Virus record (IMG/VR): IMGVR_UViG_3300025087_000689
Length of the DNA stretch: 64,000 nucleotides
Origin: a virus
Taxonomy: Duplodnaviria; Caudoviricetes
Strand: one strand, 5' to 3'
Under the pieces are notes generated by a model. It did no database searches. It was not told where the DNA came from and was given only the letters and a program-made list of their open reading frames with translations. Shown in pieces: positions 45,080-55,809 of this stretch. Position 1 is the stretch's first letter, and each line of letters starts with the position of its first letter. Both the position numbers and the translations under genes were made by a program.

Positions 45080-45420
45080 TGGATATTGATTTAATTTTAG
45101 AGTCTATTTTCGGCGAATATAAAAGACAATCTATTGCTTTGGGTAGAGATCGTGCCAAAGTTGAAGAGAGACTTGAGAACATCAGGAAAGAGTTCGAAGG
45201 TAATATCAGATCGTCACTTGATGATTTCGTGGGGATGCCTAATAATGAAACAACTATAGAATTAATCAGACGAAACCTTAATGATAATATAAACCAGTTT
45301 TTAGATACAAATATAACGTTGGATGACATTCAAATGGATAGGGATACTATTACCATCCAGATGGGTATAGCACCGAAACACCCAGCTCAAGTTAACTTAA
45401 ATAAGAGGATATATGAGTAA
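45079..45420 (+). CDS. hypothetical protein
   Basis: TAATG coupling with the previous gene. Confidence 0.65.
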   Translation: MDIDLILESIFGEYKRQSIALGRDRAKVEERLENIRKEFEGNIRSSLDDFVGMPNNETTIELIRRNLNDNINQFLDTNITLDDIQMDRDTITIQMGIAPKHPAQVNLNKRIYE

Positions 45421-45601
45421 GGCACCAATAATAACAGCAACTCCACAGAAAGTAACTTTACCAACAGGTGCCAAAGTAATTCCAGTTGAAGGATCCAAGT
45501 TGGGATCTGGAGAAGGTAATAATGGACGTGGTGGCGGATACGAACATATGAAGAGTAGATGGAAAGAACTTAAAATAGAAAATCCTCGCCAAGGGGAATA
45601 A
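45413..45601 (+). CDS. hypothetical protein
   Basis: 62-aa ORF. Confidence 0.55.
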   Translation: MSKAPIITATPQKVTLPTGAKVIPVEGSKLGSGEGNNGRGGGYEHMKSRWKELKIENPRQGE

Positions 45602-45639
45602 TCCCTGCGGCGGTTTTAACTTAAACCGAGGAGAGACAA

Positions 45640-46164
45640 ATGGTTTCAGGGACAATGGCTTTAACAGAGGCAACCTTAAAAGGTGGCAGTGCTGGTATAA
45701 GAGCACAAAGAGGAGATGAAATTTGGGGAGCGAGCTGGGCTTTTGCTTCAGGTGGAGCACAAGGAGATATTTTAACACTATCAGATGTGTTAAATAATTT
45801 ATCAACGTCAGGTGCGTATGCTACTGATGCCGAATTACTGGCTGTGTCTGGTGCATTAAGAGCGGTCCTAGATGCGTCTGGGGCAAATCTTGCTTCTGCA
45901 TCAGGTGCAATTGTAACTAATATATCTGGACTCATAGTCAATGTATCTGGTACGATTGTGGCTAGTGGTCAGTATTTTAATCAACCTACAATAGCTTCGG
46001 GTGTGATGTATGGAAGAATAACACTGGATCCATCTGGAACAGTTACTATTGGCACGGCATCCGCTCCGCTAACATCCGGGTTTGCTAGTGTGGTATCGGC
46101 CAATGGAATAGTTTATCAGCTTAGAATTGGTAACGACGGATTAGTATCTGGCTTTATCGTATAA
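45640..46164 (+). CDS. Gly/Ala/Ser-rich putative virion protein
   Basis: SD GAGGAG; SG-rich low-charge sequence. Confidence 0.6.
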   Translation: MVSGTMALTEATLKGGSAGIRAQRGDEIWGASWAFASGGAQGDILTLSDVLNNLSTSGAYATDAELLAVSGALRAVLDASGANLASASGAIVTNISGLIVNVSGTIVASGQYFNQPTIASGVMYGRITLDPSGTVTIGTASAPLTSGFASVVSANGIVYQLRIGNDGLVSGFIV

Positions 46165-46171
46165 TCGTTGT

Positions 46172-46666
46172 TTGATATGTGCCTGCCCTGGTCGTTCTTT
46201 ATGTGCCAGACATGAAAAAGTATATGTTTTGGACGTGGAGAATGGTTGGGTCAGGAAAAAATCAGGTCTAAAGCGGGGAGTTCGCAGATATCATAAAACC
46301 GAGACCAAACTACTCGAAATTTTAAAAGAGATTTTTGGTCAAGAGAATGTGATCTCGAGCGTGCACCCGCTTTGGGCCCTTTCCGACAAGGGAGTTCTTC
46401 TTGAGTATGATGTCTGTGTGATGTCAAAACATCTATTAGTCGAGTATGACGGATTGCAGCACTTTGAGTTTTCAAACTTCTTTCATAAAACTCGTAGTGA
46501 ATTTGAAAGTCAAAAAACTAGAGACAGATTAAAGGATAGATTGGCTAAACAAAACGGATGGAAACTGCTCAGGATAAAATACAATGAAGATGTAACTTAT
46601 GGAAACATCTTTAAAAAACTATCAACAATGAGGTTAACATGCCCGAAAGAGAAGACAGAATACTAG
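46172..46666 (+). CDS. Vsr/DUF559-like endonuclease
   Basis: EYDVC...VEYDGLQHF...RDRLKDRLAKQNGWKLLRIKYNE. Confidence 0.8.
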   Translation: MICACPGRSLCARHEKVYVLDVENGWVRKKSGLKRGVRRYHKTETKLLEILKEIFGQENVISSVHPLWALSDKGVLLEYDVCVMSKHLLVEYDGLQHFEFSNFFHKTRSEFESQKTRDRLKDRLAKQNGWKLLRIKYNEDVTYGNIFKKLSTMRLTCPKEKTEY

Positions 46667-47145
46667 AAGGACTTGGTAAACTCTCTGGACTCGTGGAAGC
46701 ATCTAGGGATGATATCAAGACGCTAGTAGGTAAACAAGATGAACACGCTAAGTGTTTACAGACTTTGAATACGAGTATCCAGGTGATTCAAACTGGATAT
46801 GAAAATAAAACTGCTATGTGTGGTAAAGAGTTTAAAGATATTAATGAGAAATTGGGACGAGATTACGAAGTTTTAAATATTTTAAAAACTAAACAAGTTG
46901 TGGAAAATGGAGTTGAGGCTTATAAAGGTAAGAAAAGAGAGTGGTGGCAATATATGCTTGGTGTTGTGGGTGCTGTCATTGGCATTTTAATTGGTATCAA
47001 TCAACTATCTGGAATATATAACACATTTACTACTAATACAATAACATCGTCATCGTCCGCTTATTCAACAACACTTAGCCCGAATAGATTACATATGGAC
47101 ACTACTTTTACAAATTCCTATGATACGTCAAAAGGAAATAGATAA
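46639..47145 (+). CDS. coiled-coil + single-TM protein (holin/XhlA-like candidate)
   Basis: coiled coil, then WWQYMLGVVGAVIGILIG; near the endolysin. Confidence 0.45.
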   Translation: MPEREDRILEGLGKLSGLVEASRDDIKTLVGKQDEHAKCLQTLNTSIQVIQTGYENKTAMCGKEFKDINEKLGRDYEVLNILKTKQVVENGVEAYKGKKREWWQYMLGVVGAVIGILIGINQLSGIYNTFTTNTITSSSSAYSTTLSPNRLHMDTTFTNSYDTSKGNR

Positions 47146-47155
47146 GGAGCAATAA

Positions 47156-47545
47156 ATGCAAACATTAATAGCAACTGCGAGTGGTTGGACTTTAGTGCCA
47201 CCAAGCGGTCTTAGTATTACAGTTAAGAATTTACAATTAAGTACTTTAAGTACTTCGGGTAATATTTTTATATCAGGTAGTGCTAGTTCATATATAAATA
47301 CACTTTATTCAGCAGGATCTATTAACATTCCCATTGAATTAAGATTCGTCCAAGCTGAAAATGTCACAGTAATACCATCAAGTGGAGATCTTATTGTAAG
47401 TTATCTCTACGCTGGTGAACCAGAGGCTTATCTATATGCTAGGGCCGTCTCAGAATATTCGGCTCTATCTGGTGTGGCACCTCTTTGGAATAGTGTTGTC
47501 TTAAGTGGTTCTTACAACTACGGCAGTGGAAAGTTCGGGGGGTAA
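47156..47545 (+). CDS. putative virion protein
   Basis: SD AAGGAG; beta-rich. Confidence 0.6.
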   Translation: MQTLIATASGWTLVPPSGLSITVKNLQLSTLSTSGNIFISGSASSYINTLYSAGSINIPIELRFVQAENVTVIPSSGDLIVSYLYAGEPEAYLYARAVSEYSALSGVAPLWNSVVLSGSYNYGSGKFGG

Positions 47546-47559
47546 TTAAAGGATTATTA

Positions 47560-48198
47560 GTGATTATCTACTGTGTTGAAAATATAATATCAGGTAAAAA
47601 GTATATTGGAAAGAGTAAAAATTCTTTACAAGAAAGAATGAAATCTCATTTCTTTAAAATTAGAAATGGCGTGAAAACCAAATTTTATGATGCTATTAGA
47701 TCTTATGGAATCGATAATTTTAAGTATTATATCCTTGATCAGGCATTCACCGCAGATGAATTAAATGAAAAAGAAATAAAATATATTAAGTTATTTGATA
47801 CTATTAATTCTGGGTATAATATGGTAGAGGGTGGAACTGGTGGAGATACAATGTGTCATCATCCTAATAAGGAAGAAATCTATAAAAAGATAGGAAAGAA
47901 ATGTTCTATTGCTTTAAAAGGTCGTATATTTACTGAAGAGCACAGATTAAATATGTCTAAATCTCGTGTAGGACATAAATGGACTTTAGAACAAAGACAA
48001 AAACTTTCCAATTCTATTAAAGGTGAGAATCACCCTTTATTTGGAAAGTTTCATTCTGAAGAAACAAAGAGAAAAATTGGATTATCATCAAAAATAAAAC
48101 ATAAACGTATTTGTTTAACTTGTAATACTGAATTTTATGGTGGCAGATCTGCAAAATATTGTCAATGTAAATGTAAACCCCTCGCATTGGTTATATAA
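47560..48198 (+). CDS. GIY-YIG homing endonuclease with NUMOD3 repeats
   Basis: IIYCVENIISGKKYIGKS...ELNEKE..YI...GYN; GKFHSEETKRKIG. Confidence 0.9.
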   Translation: MIIYCVENIISGKKYIGKSKNSLQERMKSHFFKIRNGVKTKFYDAIRSYGIDNFKYYILDQAFTADELNEKEIKYIKLFDTINSGYNMVEGGTGGDTMCHHPNKEEIYKKIGKKCSIALKGRIFTEEHRLNMSKSRVGHKWTLEQRQKLSNSIKGENHPLFGKFHSEETKRKIGLSSKIKHKRICLTCNTEFYGGRSAKYCQCKCKPLALVI

Positions 48199-48209
48199 TA
48201 AGGAAAATA

Positions 48210-48707
48210 ATGATCAAAAAATATCAACTAATAGAGATGCATCCGCAACTCAAAATATTATATCTTAAATTTGAAAAGAAAATGGGTGTTGTTGGCATTC
48301 GTTTTAAAGTTACGAACGTAGCCAGAACTTATAAAGAACAAATTGCTTTATATGCACAAGGACGAGAAACACTTAATCGCGTCAATGAGTATAGAAAATT
48401 AGCATTATTAGGAAAGATATCAAATGAACAAAATAAATTTATAGTTACATACACCTTAAATTCTAAGCATATAATAAATACAGATGACAGTGAATCTAAT
48501 AATGATTTATCCAGGGCTTTTGATATAGTTTTATTTGATAAAAATATGAAAATAACATATGATTTAAAAGCAAATATAAATTTAAACGAGGAGACTGACT
48601 ATCTGGAAGCTGCTAAAATTGGTAAATCAGTTGGTTTAAATTGCGGTGCTTTTTTCAAAAATGTTAAAGGTGAACTACGTCCGGATTTTCCACATTATGA
48701 AATCTAG
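48210..48707 (+). CDS. endolysin, M15 (L-Ala-D-Glu peptidase-like)
   Basis: RTYKEQIALYAQGR, SKH, RAFD, DFPHYE. Confidence 0.85.
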   Translation: MIKKYQLIEMHPQLKILYLKFEKKMGVVGIRFKVTNVARTYKEQIALYAQGRETLNRVNEYRKLALLGKISNEQNKFIVTYTLNSKHIINTDDSESNNDLSRAFDIVLFDKNMKITYDLKANINLNEETDYLEAAKIGKSVGLNCGAFFKNVKGELRPDFPHYEI

Positions 48708-48715
48708 GAGAATTT

Positions 48716-49516
48716 ATGGCTGAAGATCAACGTATTATCGATCAAGTTAAAAGAGAGAAAGCTGAGTTTGAAAAAACAGTAGAAACTGAAGCAATTCAAA
48801 CTCAAAAGGAATTAATCAATCAAGATGAACTTCTACCTGTAACCCAAATTGGACAGAAGAATGTTCTGAATCTATTTAAAGATTATTACCCCCCCGAAGC
48901 ACTTGAACATATGAGTATTGAACCAGCAAAGGTTGAAGCTTTGGCCGGTGCTTTAAAAACAATGGTTAGAAATGTTATAAAGACCTCTAATCCTATTATA
49001 TGTCTTGCTCAGAAATGTTATGCAGCTGAACGATGTCCCATTCAAAAGGCTGGTGTGGCTCCAACGAGTCATAGTTGTCCAATTGAACTTATGTTAATAG
49101 ATCAATGGGAATATGATTATATTGATGATCTTGGTGTTGATAAACAATCTAAAGTTGAGATCGATCTAGTAAGGGATATGGTTGAATCAGATCTTATAGA
49201 CTGGCGTGCATCACATGAATTGGCTAGAGGTGGACTCTTTGATTGGAATGCGATAGGAATGACGGAAGATGGTAAACCTATCTATCGTAAAGAAGAGGCC
49301 GTGGCCATCGGTATTAAACTTAAGTTTAAAGCCAGGAAGGATCGTATACGTGAAGATCTAATGGCCACTCGAAAGATGCGTGCTAAGTTTGGTTTAGCTA
49401 AGACTATGGATCCATCTAAATTTGCAGCTGCGTTACAGGATCGTTATAATGCTATTAAGAAAGCTGAAATTATAGATGAAGATCCAATTGAAGAGATGCA
49501 TGAGGAGCACGAGTAA
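48716..49516 (+). CDS. conserved packaging-region protein (possible small terminase)
   Basis: SD AGGAG; C..C...CP...CPIE motif; position upstream of terminase. Confidence 0.4.
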   Translation: MAEDQRIIDQVKREKAEFEKTVETEAIQTQKELINQDELLPVTQIGQKNVLNLFKDYYPPEALEHMSIEPAKVEALAGALKTMVRNVIKTSNPIICLAQKCYAAERCPIQKAGVAPTSHSCPIELMLIDQWEYDYIDDLGVDKQSKVEIDLVRDMVESDLIDWRASHELARGGLFDWNAIGMTEDGKPIYRKEEAVAIGIKLKFKARKDRIREDLMATRKMRAKFGLAKTMDPSKFAAALQDRYNAIKKAEIIDEDPIEEMHEEHE

Positions 49517-49983
49517 TGGGGAATCTTTTTACATCTTTACTAAAATCTGGAGTTAAAAAAATAACCCCAAAGGTTGCAAGTATACGTAGTTGGGCTAATA
49601 AAACAACTGAATCATTTTCAAAAATAACCAAAACAAAAGTACAATCTGGTAAATTAAATTTTGAATCTAATAAATTTCAAGGTGTCTTTTTTGCGACACC
49701 CACTGGTAAATTTCTTAGTGGTGCCGGAAGACTTGGAAGAAGTCTTGGCAAAGCCAGTATAGGTGTTATAAAAACTGGAATGAAGGTATCTACATTTGGA
49801 CTAGTTCCACATGCTTTAACTTTGGGAGCTTTAGGTACAGGTGTTGCATATGGAGCTGGTAGAGCTATTATTAATAGATCGAATGAACGAACTATGAATA
49901 TGGCTAATAAAGGTATGTCACCGAATAATTTAGGTACTGACGGGTTAACTTTAGCATTATCGAAGAGGCGTCATCGTGGCTAA
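49516..49983 (+). CDS. Gly/Lys-rich putative virion protein
   Basis: TAATG coupling. Confidence 0.55.
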   Translation: MGNLFTSLLKSGVKKITPKVASIRSWANKTTESFSKITKTKVQSGKLNFESNKFQGVFFATPTGKFLSGAGRLGRSLGKASIGVIKTGMKVSTFGLVPHALTLGALGTGVAYGAGRAIINRSNERTMNMANKGMSPNNLGTDGLTLALSKRRHRG

Positions 49984-50881
49984 TTATTATCAATCTCCAG
50001 AAATGGAACGGCCATCTATATCACAAGAACTCTTTGGTTCTCCTCTTAAAGCCCAATGGACATTACAAAAAGCATCTATGTATGCCACCGCTCTGACGCC
50101 TGGTATGTGGAATAAGGTTATGACTGGGCATGGAATTAGATGGGGTGGTGTTGTTGGTTTTCGCGGTATTGCTCTTGGTGAAAAAGGATTAGGTACTGGT
50201 GCGGTTGGTATGAGGACCCTATCACCTGCCAAACTAATTCAACACGCTATCGGTATATTTAGTCCAGATAAAGCTCAACAATTTTCAAAATATGGTTTAT
50301 TTGGTAGATCAGAAGGATCATTAGGTGCTATTGGTAGATTTTTAGGCGGTGGTGTTATAGAAAGTACAAAATTTATAGAGACCAATGGTCCTTTGCATTT
50401 TCGTGTTACACCAAATGAAGAATTGATTCGTAAGAGGGCAAATAAAATATGGAGAAAAGGTCTTGGTGGTACTCCACAAGAACATTGGTTTGCCGCTCAA
50501 GAACAAATAAATAAAGAAACCAATATAATAATTAAAAAAGGAATGAAAAATATTACCAAACGTAATATTGTGAGAAAAATAGCGAGAGTTGGAAAATTTG
50601 CGTCATGGGCTGGAGCGGCTTCAATAGCATTTGATATAGGTACAGCGGTTGGAGGATTAGCTGTTAATGCCATGGCATCTACAGCTGAGAGATTAGAAAA
50701 AACTATGAGTAACATAATAAATAGAAAGATGGAATTTGGCGGAAAAGTTGGCGTTGGTTTCTATAGTGGGCGGTCTGGAACAGAAAGACAACGTGCACTT
50801 TCAGCTATAGGTAAAGGTTATAATGGAAGTCCTGGTTTTGGAAATGAAGCTGGAATGCAACATGTCGATAGCACCTGGTAG
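49976..50881 (+). CDS. Gly-rich putative virion protein
   Basis: 301-aa ORF; ends SGTERQRALSAI...GNEAGMQH. Confidence 0.6.
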   Translation: MANYYQSPEMERPSISQELFGSPLKAQWTLQKASMYATALTPGMWNKVMTGHGIRWGGVVGFRGIALGEKGLGTGAVGMRTLSPAKLIQHAIGIFSPDKAQQFSKYGLFGRSEGSLGAIGRFLGGGVIESTKFIETNGPLHFRVTPNEELIRKRANKIWRKGLGGTPQEHWFAAQEQINKETNIIIKKGMKNITKRNIVRKIARVGKFASWAGAASIAFDIGTAVGGLAVNAMASTAERLEKTMSNIINRKMEFGGKVGVGFYSGRSGTERQRALSAIGKGYNGSPGFGNEAGMQHVDSTW

Positions 50882-50887
50882 TTTAAA

Positions 50888-50920
50888 GTATTTGAATTCA
50901 AATACTTAAGAAAGTATAAT
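50888..50920 (+). promoter_or_regulatory. terminase promoter overlapped by an 18-bp palindrome
   Basis: TTGAAT-N17-TATAAT; GTATTTGAATTCAAATAC. Confidence 0.65.
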
Positions 50921-50926
50921 ATAAGT

Positions 50927-53900
50927 ATGAAAGCTAAAGAGAAAAAAGATTTATTAATTAAGGGTTTTACCCCTGATGAGATACAACAATTAGAGATACA
51001 ACAAAGTCCTTCTCTTTGGGCTGAAACATATTTATATGATCCCGAAAAACCAGGTAAATCATTACAATTGAGATCATATCAAAAAGATATATTAGAATGC
51101 AAAAGTAAAAAGAAGGTACTAAGATTAGGTCGAAGATCAGGGAAAAGTATTTGTTTGTGTATTGAATCTTTATACAAAGCTTTTATAACTGAAAATACCA
51201 GAGTTCTTATTTGCACACCTTATAAAATTCAGACCAGAAACTTATGGAAAGATGGTTTTCAGAAATTAATTAAAGGTAATAAACTTCTTGAGAGTTCTAT
51301 AATTAGAATGGGACAAAATCCCTATCTTATTGAATTTAAAAATGGTGCCAGAATAATGGGATTAACTGCTGGTTCTTCTACTGGAAATAAGGGTGGATCT
51401 ATTAGAGGTTCATCTGCTGATCATTTAATAATGGATGAGATTGATTACATGGGTGAAGAAGCAATCCAATCTATTATGGCTATTACCGCCACAAATAAAA
51501 ACACAACTCTAACTATATCATCTACACCAACTGGTAGACGAGAATTCTTTTATAATGCGTGTACAAATAAAAATTTAGGGTTCCAGGAATTTTATTTTCC
51601 ATCATCTTCAAGTCCTGAATGGACATCTATAGAACAAGCAAAAAAACTAGGATTACCTCTGCATGAATCGCAAGAATACGTATTTAGAAATATGTATCCC
51701 GAAGATGTTTTTATTAGAGAGTATATGGCCGTTTTTGGTGAAGAATCTCAAGGGGTTTTTAAACACAAATACATCGACGCGGCTTTAGTGAAATATGATC
51801 CTGATAGCGAAGTAGCCGATTCTATGGGTTTTAAATGGTTCTGTGGGGCTGAACAGAATGAGGATAATCTATATTCGATGGGTGTTGATTGGAATGGCAC
51901 AAAGGTTGGAACTCAAATAGTTATTACAGAATATTGCCGAGTATCAACTAATGTTAATTATGTTATAGAAGATGATAATGGAAAAACGATAAAACAAACA
52001 TCAACAGTTATTAAAAAATATAGAGTGTTTTATCGTGAATCTGTGTCAATGGAAGAAATGACGCAATTAGAATCAATACATAGAATTATAGAACTAACGA
52101 AGAAATTCAAGATAGATCATATATATGTTGATAATGGTTTTGGAACTTGTGTTGCCCCGGATACATTGATATATACAAATAGAGGGGTTAAACCAATTTC
52201 AAATATAATCATCGGCGATTTAGTTATGACGAAAAATGGAACATTTGAAAGAGTTTTGGATACAATAACTAGAAAAGATATTAAAGACTCATATAAATTA
52301 ATTCCATCTAAATGTTTAGCAACAACTGCAAGTTTTTGTCATCCTTTTTTAACTTATAGAAGTTCTAATAGATTTAAAGATAAAAATATTAATGAGGGAA
52401 ATTTAGTTTGGAGGCAGTGTTCTGAAATAGATATAAAAAAAGATTTTATAGCGATTAGTAAGACAAAAAACCTGGAAAATAAAACAAGTGATATTATTGA
52501 TCTTTATCAATTATTAAAAAATGTACAAGGATTAAAGCACGATAAAATGAATATATGGTTAAGTTCATCATATAAAATAAAAGATCGAAATTATTTAAGT
52601 GCTTATGAATTAAGTAAAATATGTTCCACTTCTAAAATTATGATAACCAGAATTCGTAGTAAACTAAGAAATAAGTTAAAGTTAACAGAACATCAAATGA
52701 GGATATATAAGAAAAATAAAAACGCTCTTAATGTTTTACCGGAAATAATAAAACTTCCCAGATATATCGATATATTATCTGAAGATTTCCAACGAATTTA
52801 TGGTTGGTTTTTGTCTGAAGGTAATTGTAATACTAATAGTATTGAAATATCTCAAAAAGTTGGAAATCACACTGAAGAGATTAATAGTTTAAAAAAATCA
52901 ATTTCTAACATTTTTGGATACTCTTTTTTATCTGAATATATAAAAAAAGAAGTTAGACGAATTGTTATTAGTTCAAAATTAATTTCTATTATTTTTGAGA
53001 CTCTTGGTGGTAAATATTGTTATAATAAATTCATTCATCCTGAATTTATGAAACATCCGAAATCATTAGGTGTATTTTTTAATTCGATAATATTAGGAGA
53101 TGGTAGTAAGGTTAAGAATAAAATTGGATATTGTATTAGTTTAACTAGTTCATCATTAATATTTCAATTAAGACAAATATTAATAGATAATGGAATTCTT
53201 CCATCTATTAATTTTTTAGGGAAAAGAAGTAAAGAACATAATGATCAATGGTTACTTCAAATATTCGGAACCTTTGAAATAATGAAAAAATTCAATAATT
53301 TTACCAAATTACCTTTAAAAAATACGGAAAGAAAAACTAGAAACAAATATATAGAAATTGATAATTATTTTTTAGTCCCCATAAGAAAATTAGAAAAAAT
53401 TGAATCTTGTTCCGGTCTTGTTGATATTAAAGTCGATAACGAACACAGTTTTTGTGGCAATGGAGTAGTTCTACATAATACGAATATCGAAGAGTTAAAA
53501 TTATACGGTAAGAAATTTCCTGAATCTGATATGAATCGTAAACTAGTTGCAATAGATTTTGCCAGTAAGATATCTATTTTTGATCCTTATTCTAAAGAAG
53601 AAGTGGATAAGGCGATGAAACCTTTTACAGTAAATAATGCTGTAACTTGTCTCGAAAGAGGAGAATTAATTCTTCCTGATATTGAAGATGAAAAAGTAAA
53701 ATTGATTGGTCAAATGAGAGAATATAGAATTGAGAAAATTAGTACTTTAGGAATACCAAGATATTCCGAAGACAACGATCATATTCTAGATGCTTTCATG
53801 CTTTCTCTTCTAGCATTTCAGATGGAATATAGTACCTTAATACGACTGGCACACACCAGTCAGATAGCTATATCTAATAAACCTACTCTTCTTATGCGTG

Positions 53901-54139
53901 GACTTAGTGAAGTCCAAGACAGAACTACATCATTGAAGAAAGATAAGTTGCAAGAAATGGGTGTTCCTAAGAGACAACCTGCATTTGGTACTGAGAAGTA
54001 TCATTCGGATAGTCGTGGTGGTCATATGGATTACGAAGACTTATATAAAACGTCTCCGACTACATCGACTCCATTTACCGGACAACCATTGAGATCATCC
54101 TGGAATAAAATAAACGCTCCAACCCGGACTAATTTTTAA
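50927..54139 (+). CDS. terL: terminase large subunit (intein-containing)
   Basis: RLGRRSGKS Walker A, IMDEIDY Walker B, ISSTPTG, GVDWN, DHILDA. Confidence 0.93.
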   Translation: MKAKEKKDLLIKGFTPDEIQQLEIQQSPSLWAETYLYDPEKPGKSLQLRSYQKDILECKSKKKVLRLGRRSGKSICLCIESLYKAFITENTRVLICTPYKIQTRNLWKDGFQKLIKGNKLLESSIIRMGQNPYLIEFKNGARIMGLTAGSSTGNKGGSIRGSSADHLIMDEIDYMGEEAIQSIMAITATNKNTTLTISSTPTGRREFFYNACTNKNLGFQEFYFPSSSSPEWTSIEQAKKLGLPLHESQEYVFRNMYPEDVFIREYMAVFGEESQGVFKHKYIDAALVKYDPDSEVADSMGFKWFCGAEQNEDNLYSMGVDWNGTKVGTQIVITEYCRVSTNVNYVIEDDNGKTIKQTSTVIKKYRVFYRESVSMEEMTQLESIHRIIELTKKFKIDHIYVDNGFGTCVAPDTLIYTNRGVKPISNIIIGDLVMTKNGTFERVLDTITRKDIKDSYKLIPSKCLATTASFCHPFLTYRSSNRFKDKNINEGNLVWRQCSEIDIKKDFIAISKTKNLENKTSDIIDLYQLLKNVQGLKHDKMNIWLSSSYKIKDRNYLSAYELSKICSTSKIMITRIRSKLRNKLKLTEHQMRIYKKNKNALNVLPEIIKLPRYIDILSEDFQRIYGWFLSEGNCNTNSIEISQKVGNHTEEINSLKKSISNIFGYSFLSEYIKKEVRRIVISSKLISIIFETLGGKYCYNKFIHPEFMKHPKSLGVFFNSIILGDGSKVKNKIGYCISLTSSSLIFQLRQILIDNGILPSINFLGKRSKEHNDQWLLQIFGTFEIMKKFNNFTKLPLKNTERKTRNKYIEIDNYFLVPIRKLEKIESCSGLVDIKVDNEHSFCGNGVVLHNTNIEELKLYGKKFPESDMNRKLVAIDFASKISIFDPYSKEEVDKAMKPFTVNNAVTCLERGELILPDIEDEKVKLIGQMREYRIEKISTLGIPRYSEDNDHILDAFMLSLLAFQMEYSTLIRLAHTSQIAISNKPTLLMRGLSEVQDRTTSLKKDKLQEMGVPKRQPAFGTEKYHSDSRGGHMDYEDLYKTSPTTSTPFTGQPLRSSWNKINAPTRTNF
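52148..53479 (+). mobile_element. intein with LAGLIDADG endonuclease (444 aa) in the terminase nuclease domain
   Basis: GFGT|CVAPDT ... YGWFLSEGN, ILGDGS ... VLHN|T. Confidence 0.92.
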
Positions 54140-54153
54140 TATAGGATTAACAG

Positions 54154-55605
54154 ATGGCTGAAAATGTATTTTCACGATACGGTGGTAAAGTTAGATATAC
54201 TCCCGATAGAGTTCAGAGTGATATTACTACGCCTTATGAGTATACTGATGAAGACCAAGTTCGTAATTTAGGACTACAGAGAGATCTTACTGCCGCGAAT
54301 CTTCTAGAGAATGATATTCTTCTAGATATGCTAGATGCGGCTATCGATGAACAGATGAAAGATTTTGCTCTTACTGTTCCCGAGTTGGCTGAAGCCGCGT
54401 CCAGTTTATGTGGAAGTATCACTGTTACTTGGGAATGTTATAAAAAAGCCAAGGAACTCCTTAGGATAGCTCCATGGATAGCATATGGTTATGATCCGGT
54501 ACAACTCACCTTTACAGATAAATTTATCAAGAGAAAAGGTAATGTGGTATTCGATTGTAAAAATTTCGACCCAGATAGGTTCCAAACTATTCAAAATTTA
54601 GATGCTGATATAGATGCAACTCTTGGCACCGATTCAGATGTCAATACTGAAACACCAAGTGAAATTGAAAAGAAAGCCAGAGAGAATCAAAAGAAGTGGG
54701 CTTTACTTGTGTTGTTTTGGGATTTGTTATGGGGAAAACCAGAAGTAAAACCAGGTATTCCAGATGACGACGCTAGAAAACAAAGTATCGATGCTATTAA
54801 TGAAGATATTCAGAAGTTAAGAGTTCAAAGTTTTGATATATCCTTAGTTGGAAAAGAACCAAAATATACAACAGCACAAAGAAAAGAATTTGGTCTTCAA
54901 GCAGACGCATTAGCAAGAGGATTAGCTAAGTCAGAAAGTATGCCTAATACCATAATGCTGGATAGACCAAAGATTGTCAGTCAGTTACAATGGCAAGGAA
55001 GGACAGGTATTCTTCCATACAATCTAAAAGCAATTAATGGTATTCAATCATATGAGATTAAAAAAGATCCCGCAGCCATACCAACAGAACCTTGGAATGA
55101 AAATGCTTGTGCTGTTTGGGTTGATTTTCGTTCGTTCTTTACAGCCACTGATAATTATAAAGATAAGAGTATTCCCGCAATTAAAAGTGGATTTATTCTA
55201 TCTATACTTGTTGGATTTCTTGGTCTAGTTCCAAAGACTGTTTTTTATTTTATTAAGGCAAGAGTTGAATTTTTAGGTTTAATTAAATGGATGAAAGTTA
55301 AAAAATATCCTCTTGTTGGGAGAATTTTTAAGCCTATCTATACGGCACTTAAGTTTATTATAGATATAATTACGGCGATACCAGTGGCGATAAGTACTAT
55401 CTTTCTTGAGATATGTATTTGGTTAGCTATGCTACCCAAACATCATATACCAAATATGTCAGATATAGAAGAAATATATATATCAGATACTGGATTGAAA
55501 CAGGATATGGAAGTCGAACCAACTCCAGCCGGATTCATATCTATGGATTGTTTTGAAAATGCTCAAGCGATACTTAATAGAGTTAATCAAGAAGCGGTGA
55601 ATTAA
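54154..55605 (+). CDS. hypothetical head-region protein
   Basis: 483-aa ORF between terminase and portal; hydrophobic C-terminal part. Confidence 0.7.
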   Translation: MAENVFSRYGGKVRYTPDRVQSDITTPYEYTDEDQVRNLGLQRDLTAANLLENDILLDMLDAAIDEQMKDFALTVPELAEAASSLCGSITVTWECYKKAKELLRIAPWIAYGYDPVQLTFTDKFIKRKGNVVFDCKNFDPDRFQTIQNLDADIDATLGTDSDVNTETPSEIEKKARENQKKWALLVLFWDLLWGKPEVKPGIPDDDARKQSIDAINEDIQKLRVQSFDISLVGKEPKYTTAQRKEFGLQADALARGLAKSESMPNTIMLDRPKIVSQLQWQGRTGILPYNLKAINGIQSYEIKKDPAAIPTEPWNENACAVWVDFRSFFTATDNYKDKSIPAIKSGFILSILVGFLGLVPKTVFYFIKARVEFLGLIKWMKVKKYPLVGRIFKPIYTALKFIIDIITAIPVAISTIFLEICIWLAMLPKHHIPNMSDIEEIYISDTGLKQDMEVEPTPAGFISMDCFENAQAILNRVNQEAVN

Positions 55606-55808
55606 TGTTTAATAAACAAGCCATAATAATTAAACAAATGGTGGATAATGCCAGAGAACAACAGGAAGCAATGAAATATGCTTTCTATTCAATTGATAAT
55701 TCTGAAGGTGCTCAACTTTTAATGGATAATACAAGGAGTAGAGGATTTTTTCGAGCCAGATATCTAAATCCAGATGCACTAGCTTTAAGAAATTCAATAT
55801 TTAAATAA
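55605..55808 (+). CDS. hypothetical protein
   Basis: TAATG coupling. Confidence 0.6.
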   Translation: MFNKQAIIIKQMVDNAREQQEAMKYAFYSIDNSEGAQLLMDNTRSRGFFRARYLNPDALALRNSIFK

Positions 55809-55809
55809 T